64,000 nucleotides of DNA from Macrostomum lignano. Lineage: Eukaryota. The notes beneath the pieces are model-generated. The model was not told the DNA's origin and searched no databases. It was given only the letters and a program-made list of their open reading frames with translations. The stretch is taken from positions 317,991 to 381,990 of the forward strand of contig NIVC01001010.1 of assembly GCA_002269645.1 (NCBI GenBank), in the 5' to 3' direction. A program made the translations under genes and the position numbers. This document shows positions 59,371 through 64,000 of the stretch, piece by piece. Every line of letters starts with the position of its first letter. Within the stretch, counting starts at the first letter, position 1.

Positions 59371-60190
59371 CTGAAACTGCTGCAGCACATCAAGCGTCTT
59401 TTCCTTTGCAATCTGAACTGCAGATAGAAATGGATTCTTCTGTGCACGATCCACAATGCGCGCTTCAACCGAGCTCGCTCCTCAGGCCTGTGGAGAGGCA
59501 AATGACAGTGCAGAACGGAACGTTTGCTGAAGGCTTCTCCGCGCTGCACAACTGTTGCATTGCAAGTTTGGTGTCCATTGCGAAGTGCACACCGCAATAG
59601 ATAGACTGACCTATTTTTTTGCTTTTTACAAACATGTACTGGCCATCAACGACAAGAATGTCGCGATTCTTGGTCGAGCCGCTAGACACAATTTGAAACT
59701 CTGGAGCACGAGCGATATTCTCATTCTCGGTGTCAACCAAGCTCTCTTCCGGAGCGTGGGCGACATGGCTACAGCTGGAGGCGGCAATGTGGGTGCCATG
59801 GCTACAGCTGAAGGCGGCGATGTGGGCGCCATGGCTGCAGGTAGAGGCGGCGATGTGGGTGCCATGGCTGCAGGTAGAGGCAGCGATGTGGGTGCCATGG
59901 CTGCAGGTAGAGGCGGCGATGTGGGTGCCATGGCTGCAGGTAGAGGTGGCGATGTGGGTGCCATGGCTGGCAGGTAGAGGCGGCGATGTCGGTGCAGATG
60001 GCGCAGTCAGCAGCATGTTACAAGCTGAACACCTCCACTGGAACACATCCAGTGAGGCAAGTTGGCGGTACTCAGCTTGGGAAATGCCATTGCCGCAACA
60101 TCTGTGTTGCCAACAAAGACAATGGTCGCATTCTAATGCTTGCTGTCATCCTGTCACAATATTTGCGCAGACAAGACAGTTATCCGCCAT
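59371..60190 (-). pseudogene. Decayed PHD finger + 33-bp repeat + FLYWCH transposase N-terminal exon
   Basis: ATG 60190: MADNCLVCANIVTG*QQALECDHCLCWQHRCC...FQWRCSAC (PHD, TGA at 60148-60146), then FQIVSSGSTKNRDILVVDGQYMFVKSKKIGQSIY/RCALRNGHQTCNATVVQRGEAF...HCHLP (FLYWCH, frameshift near 59598); donor CAG|GTATAT at 59371. Confidence 0.8.
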
Positions 60191-60681
60191 CAATGTAGTT
60201 GTCACTATTCACGTAGCTAGGAAACAATTACTGTTCTTAGTACACAATACGCGTTATATATATATGCCAAATCCTCCTCTACTATAGCTATCCTTCTTTC
60301 TAATGCATGTACATGAATGAGAAAATTTTCCTGCAAAGAAGCACGTAATTGTAGCAATCCTATGGTAAGGTAAAATTCTTGTGGCAAAGAAGCACAAATG
60401 TACATTTCATTGCATGATTTCGTCAGGCCAAATTCCTTCGATAATAAGCCTGTGAGTCTAAGCCAATACAGCATGTTTAATTTTGCACATTTTTATGCGC
60501 TATTATAGCACCCCACAGAGCAGAGCGAGCAGGCCGCGAAAAACATTTGATAGTCTTTTAATACGGTACGTCAATCAGCACCTTCCCCAAAATGTGGCGA
60601 TTATGTCACATAAAATCTCTTCGCTATTAGTTAAGGCACTTTGGCATATATAGTTTTATTATATGTATTTGTGTACATGTA

Positions 60682-60884
60682 CACCTTTTCACGTTTAATT
60701 TTGATCAAAGTCCAGTTCTAAAAAACTAGCGGAAGTTCAATTCAGACTGGGGATAATTTTGTCTATGGCTAAACATTGCTTCGTGGCAGTATAAACAGAA
60801 TTTTTTGAACTGGGGTTTGTTTTATTGAATTTCCCCTAGTTTTTTTAGAACTGGACTTTGATCAAAATTGAACGTGAAAAGGTG
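60682..60884. mobile_element. TA-flanked MITE (203 bp) nested in the MULE element
   Basis: TIR of about 50 bp CACCTTTTCACGTT.AATTTTGATCAAAGTCCAGTTCTAAAAAAACTAG; TA on both sides. Confidence 0.85.
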
Positions 60885-63800
60885 TAGTAGATCGCGATGA
60901 ACTCAATATTACAAGAAGAGGAGATTAATTTCTCCGCTGGAAATAAACTCGTACTAGCATTCCGTTGTCTTGTTTTGATACACTAATTTTTTGTTAAGTT
61001 TCACAGGCTTCGCCGAAGTGGTCATTTCATTCGCCGAAGTGGATTCTCCGAAATGGTCATTCGCCGAAGTGGCCTTCACCGAAGTGGTCTTTCGCCGAAA
61101 TGGTCAGCACCCGTACAAGTTACCCTGGTAGCTTCAGTGCCCAAGCAGCAAGACACTGCTGACTACTATACTTACTAATTATTACTAATTTCTAAACTAC
61201 TTAGTCCAAACATAGCGTTTCACTGACCAAGGGTTTCTGGCTTTAATACTGTTTTTTCCAACTTAATACTGTATCACACTTGTAATAGCCTAGATCTAGT
61301 CCTGGAGAATCCTCCCTTCTTACTAGGCAATCAACCCTTTTTACTCAGCAAAATGCTTGTTTGTCAATCCCTGCTTAACTACACTGGCAAAATGCCTTTT
61401 ATATCCAACATGGTCTTTCTAAACTTACAATCTATTTATATATAACTAATTAGGCCTAAGACAATAAAACCAGAGAAACCTTAGGCCTAATTTTGAATTA
61501 CTGAGTATTGAACCCAACAAAGGAGTTAAAGAAAATGTTTAGTTTCTTGCCTTATATTTGTACTAAATGAAACTCTCTATTGGCTTGTATTACATTTATT
61601 TAAACAACATTTAGTTAAAAAAAATTATTCGACTTGCTAAAAACAAAAGTTACTACATTAAACAAATATCATATTAAAACAAAATATTTGTATAAATGTT
61701 ATTTGGCAAGAATTTTACTTACAAAAATGTTAATATGTTTTTAGAACAAAATATGAGCCCTATTGCATAACTTTTTAAATTTGATCAAGTAATAAGAACT
61801 AAAAAGTAAAAAAAACTCTTGGTATCCTAATTTTTCATTATTTTTGTAATGTATTTTGCATTCTAGTTTTAGAATTTAGGCACAATGATTATTTTTGCAC
61901 ATAATTGTGCTTTTTATTTCTTACAAAAATATTTACAAAATAAATAATGCAAGTAAAGCCTATAACTAGAATTGGCCTAGCCAAAAACTTGGCTTTATAA
62001 TTATACTAGGGACACTAGCATAGCCCATAGTTTGGAAGGCAACATGTATACTAGGATTTCCTATAGTACAACAAGGGTAGGCCTGTTTGCCATTTTCAAT
62101 GTATAGGCCCTATGCACCATAGGCCTACTCTAGTCTAGTCTCCAGATCATATTGTATGCATGCCAGAAAGTATACCAAAGAGTCTTTTGTTTGCACACCT
62201 ATTGCATGCCATGCTTGCCTATTATATGCTATACACAACATTGACAATATTTAACAATAGGCCTACAAAAAAAGCAAAAAAATCATTCAAACACATTTCA
62301 AAAATTCACAAAAACAATGCTTTAAAAAATTAACCATAGGCAAACCACCTACTCATATGCAAGTAGTGTGTTAATGTGAACCCTATTTTCAATTTTAAAA
62401 TTATTAATCATATTGAGCACTATAATCAACTTTCAGCATTCCTTCAATTTACTATCACCCCAGTGACAATCACTTTAAACAGTGATGATCACTACAAAAA
62501 ACAGTTGTAAGACATAAAATCCATAGTTTCCAATAAAACAAAATCAAATGTTGGCGAACTGACTTTGTTTATTTCAAAAGATGGTAAGATTGTTGTAGCA
62601 CCTTATATTTACCTTTGCTTTACAATCACCCAAACATATGTTGCCCATTGAAATGATCCCAAACCAAAGCTGGCAGTAGGAAACCTATCAAACTAATTTC
62701 AATTGTCAAGTTGCAAGTTTGAGCTATAGTAGCCTATATATTTCACCTTTGTTTACGATCACCCAAATGTATGTTGCCTATTAAAATGATCATAAACCAA
62801 AGCTGGCCATAAGAAAGTGTACTAAGGGTTGACATGCTTTCTTATAGCCAGCTTCGGTTCACAATCATTTCAATGGAGTGCATGTATAGAAGTGATTGTA
62901 ATTGAAAGTAAGGGGGTGTAGCACTAAAGATTAATTATACTAAGCTAGGGTTGACATCCTTTCCTACAGCTAGCTTCAGATGATCGGAAATAGATGTACA
63001 AATCTTTTCAATTTCAAATAAACAAAGTTAGTTGATCAGCCAACTTTTGCTTTCTTTCCATTTGAAACTACCATTAGTTTTTATGTCTTAGTTTTGAACA
63101 TGCCATTTTTGCATTGCAGTAGCAAAATATAAGGTGATCATAAACCAAAACTGGAAAAATAGAAGTGATTATAAACCAAAGGATTGCCAACTTTCTATAT
63201 TAGAAACTTTGCATAGGCCTATTAAAGACTGCAAATCCTCTTTTAACATTCAATAGCAGGGAGAAACAGGCAGCAATATGCACCTCAGAATTTTAAAAAG
63301 TTTTAGTTTATTCACCATAAATATGCATAAATACTTGAAAAAGAAAATGTTTCTTATTAGCTTTGTCTTTCTAATCTTATTAAAGAAAAGTAGCCTGCCT
63401 CAATTCTACATTGCATAAAAACTGCTAGATAAATTTTTCTAATTTTTGCATAACATTTCTGTTAGAATAGTCAAAGTTAGTCTCTTTTTTATAACTTTTT
63501 TCAATTTTGACATGTTTTGATTATTTGCTAGAGTTGCTAACCATTGTAATAGGCTAGCTAGGCCTATTTATAAAATTTAACTTAGACTAAAATGCTTAGG
63601 GAAATATCTAATTCTATAAAAATACTATAAAAGTATGTCTAATTCTATAAAAGTTGGGTTGAAATAAAAAATGTTTAATATTATATTGGCTTTAATTTTA
63701 ATAACTTTTTTGTTATAACTTATTTAGGTTATTTGTTTATTTTAAAAATACAAAGCATTTATTTTCTGACTTATCTATCATAGCAATTGTTATCATAATG

Positions 63801-64000
63801 CCCTATAGGAAAAAGTTGTACAACCGCGGACAGAGTCCAGCTGCACTTTTGAAATTTTTCTAGATGCACATGCCCACTTTCTGCTAGCTGCTGCTCTAGC
63901 AAACAAATATACCTGGAAGGGCCTAATATCTCTTTGGAAAAGGCCTATACACTTATCATTTATAATGCTTAGAGATGTTCTAAGATTTTGATTTTGACTT

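Larger units (their letters stand above)
58098..61112 (-). mobile_element. Phantom/MULE-like nonautonomous DNA transposon, 3015 bp
   Basis: TIRs of about 105 bp built from ccacttcggcgaa subrepeats; perfect 8-bp TSD GTACAAGT (58090-58097, 61113-61120); internal FLYWCH-coding remnant. Confidence 0.88.

Overview
Repeat-rich animal genomic DNA. The GC-rich poly-Ala/poly-Gln exons, introns packed with tandem arrays and the gene content resemble the flatworm Macrostomum lignano; the species call is an inference. Genes supported from the sequence: a ZFHX/zfh2-type zinc-finger gene (minus, runs off the left edge) with a THAP-domain ORF nested in its first intron, an intronless SNF8/Vps22, a two-exon FoxO, a divergent four-exon beta-tubulin, and a nine-exon FAM234-like FG-GAP membrane protein that has a frameshift and no in-frame ATG. 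Mobile DNA: a 3 kb Phantom/MULE-like element with a decayed PHD-FLYWCH ORF, a P-like foldback element, hAT-type and TA-flanked MITEs, tRNA-derived SINEs, and an inverted pair of Penelope-type minimal hammerhead ribozyme motifs just upstream of SNF8. The most notable patterns are: (1) most introns carry their own minisatellite starting at or near a splice site, and two arrays are built from the donor motif itself; (2) the hammerhead pair; (3) a possible spliced-leader-donated start codon; (4) five RFX X-boxes in one small intron; (5) sharply bounded CpG deserts. Most long entries in the ORF track are translations of tandem repeats, not genes. All counts and alignments were done by eye.
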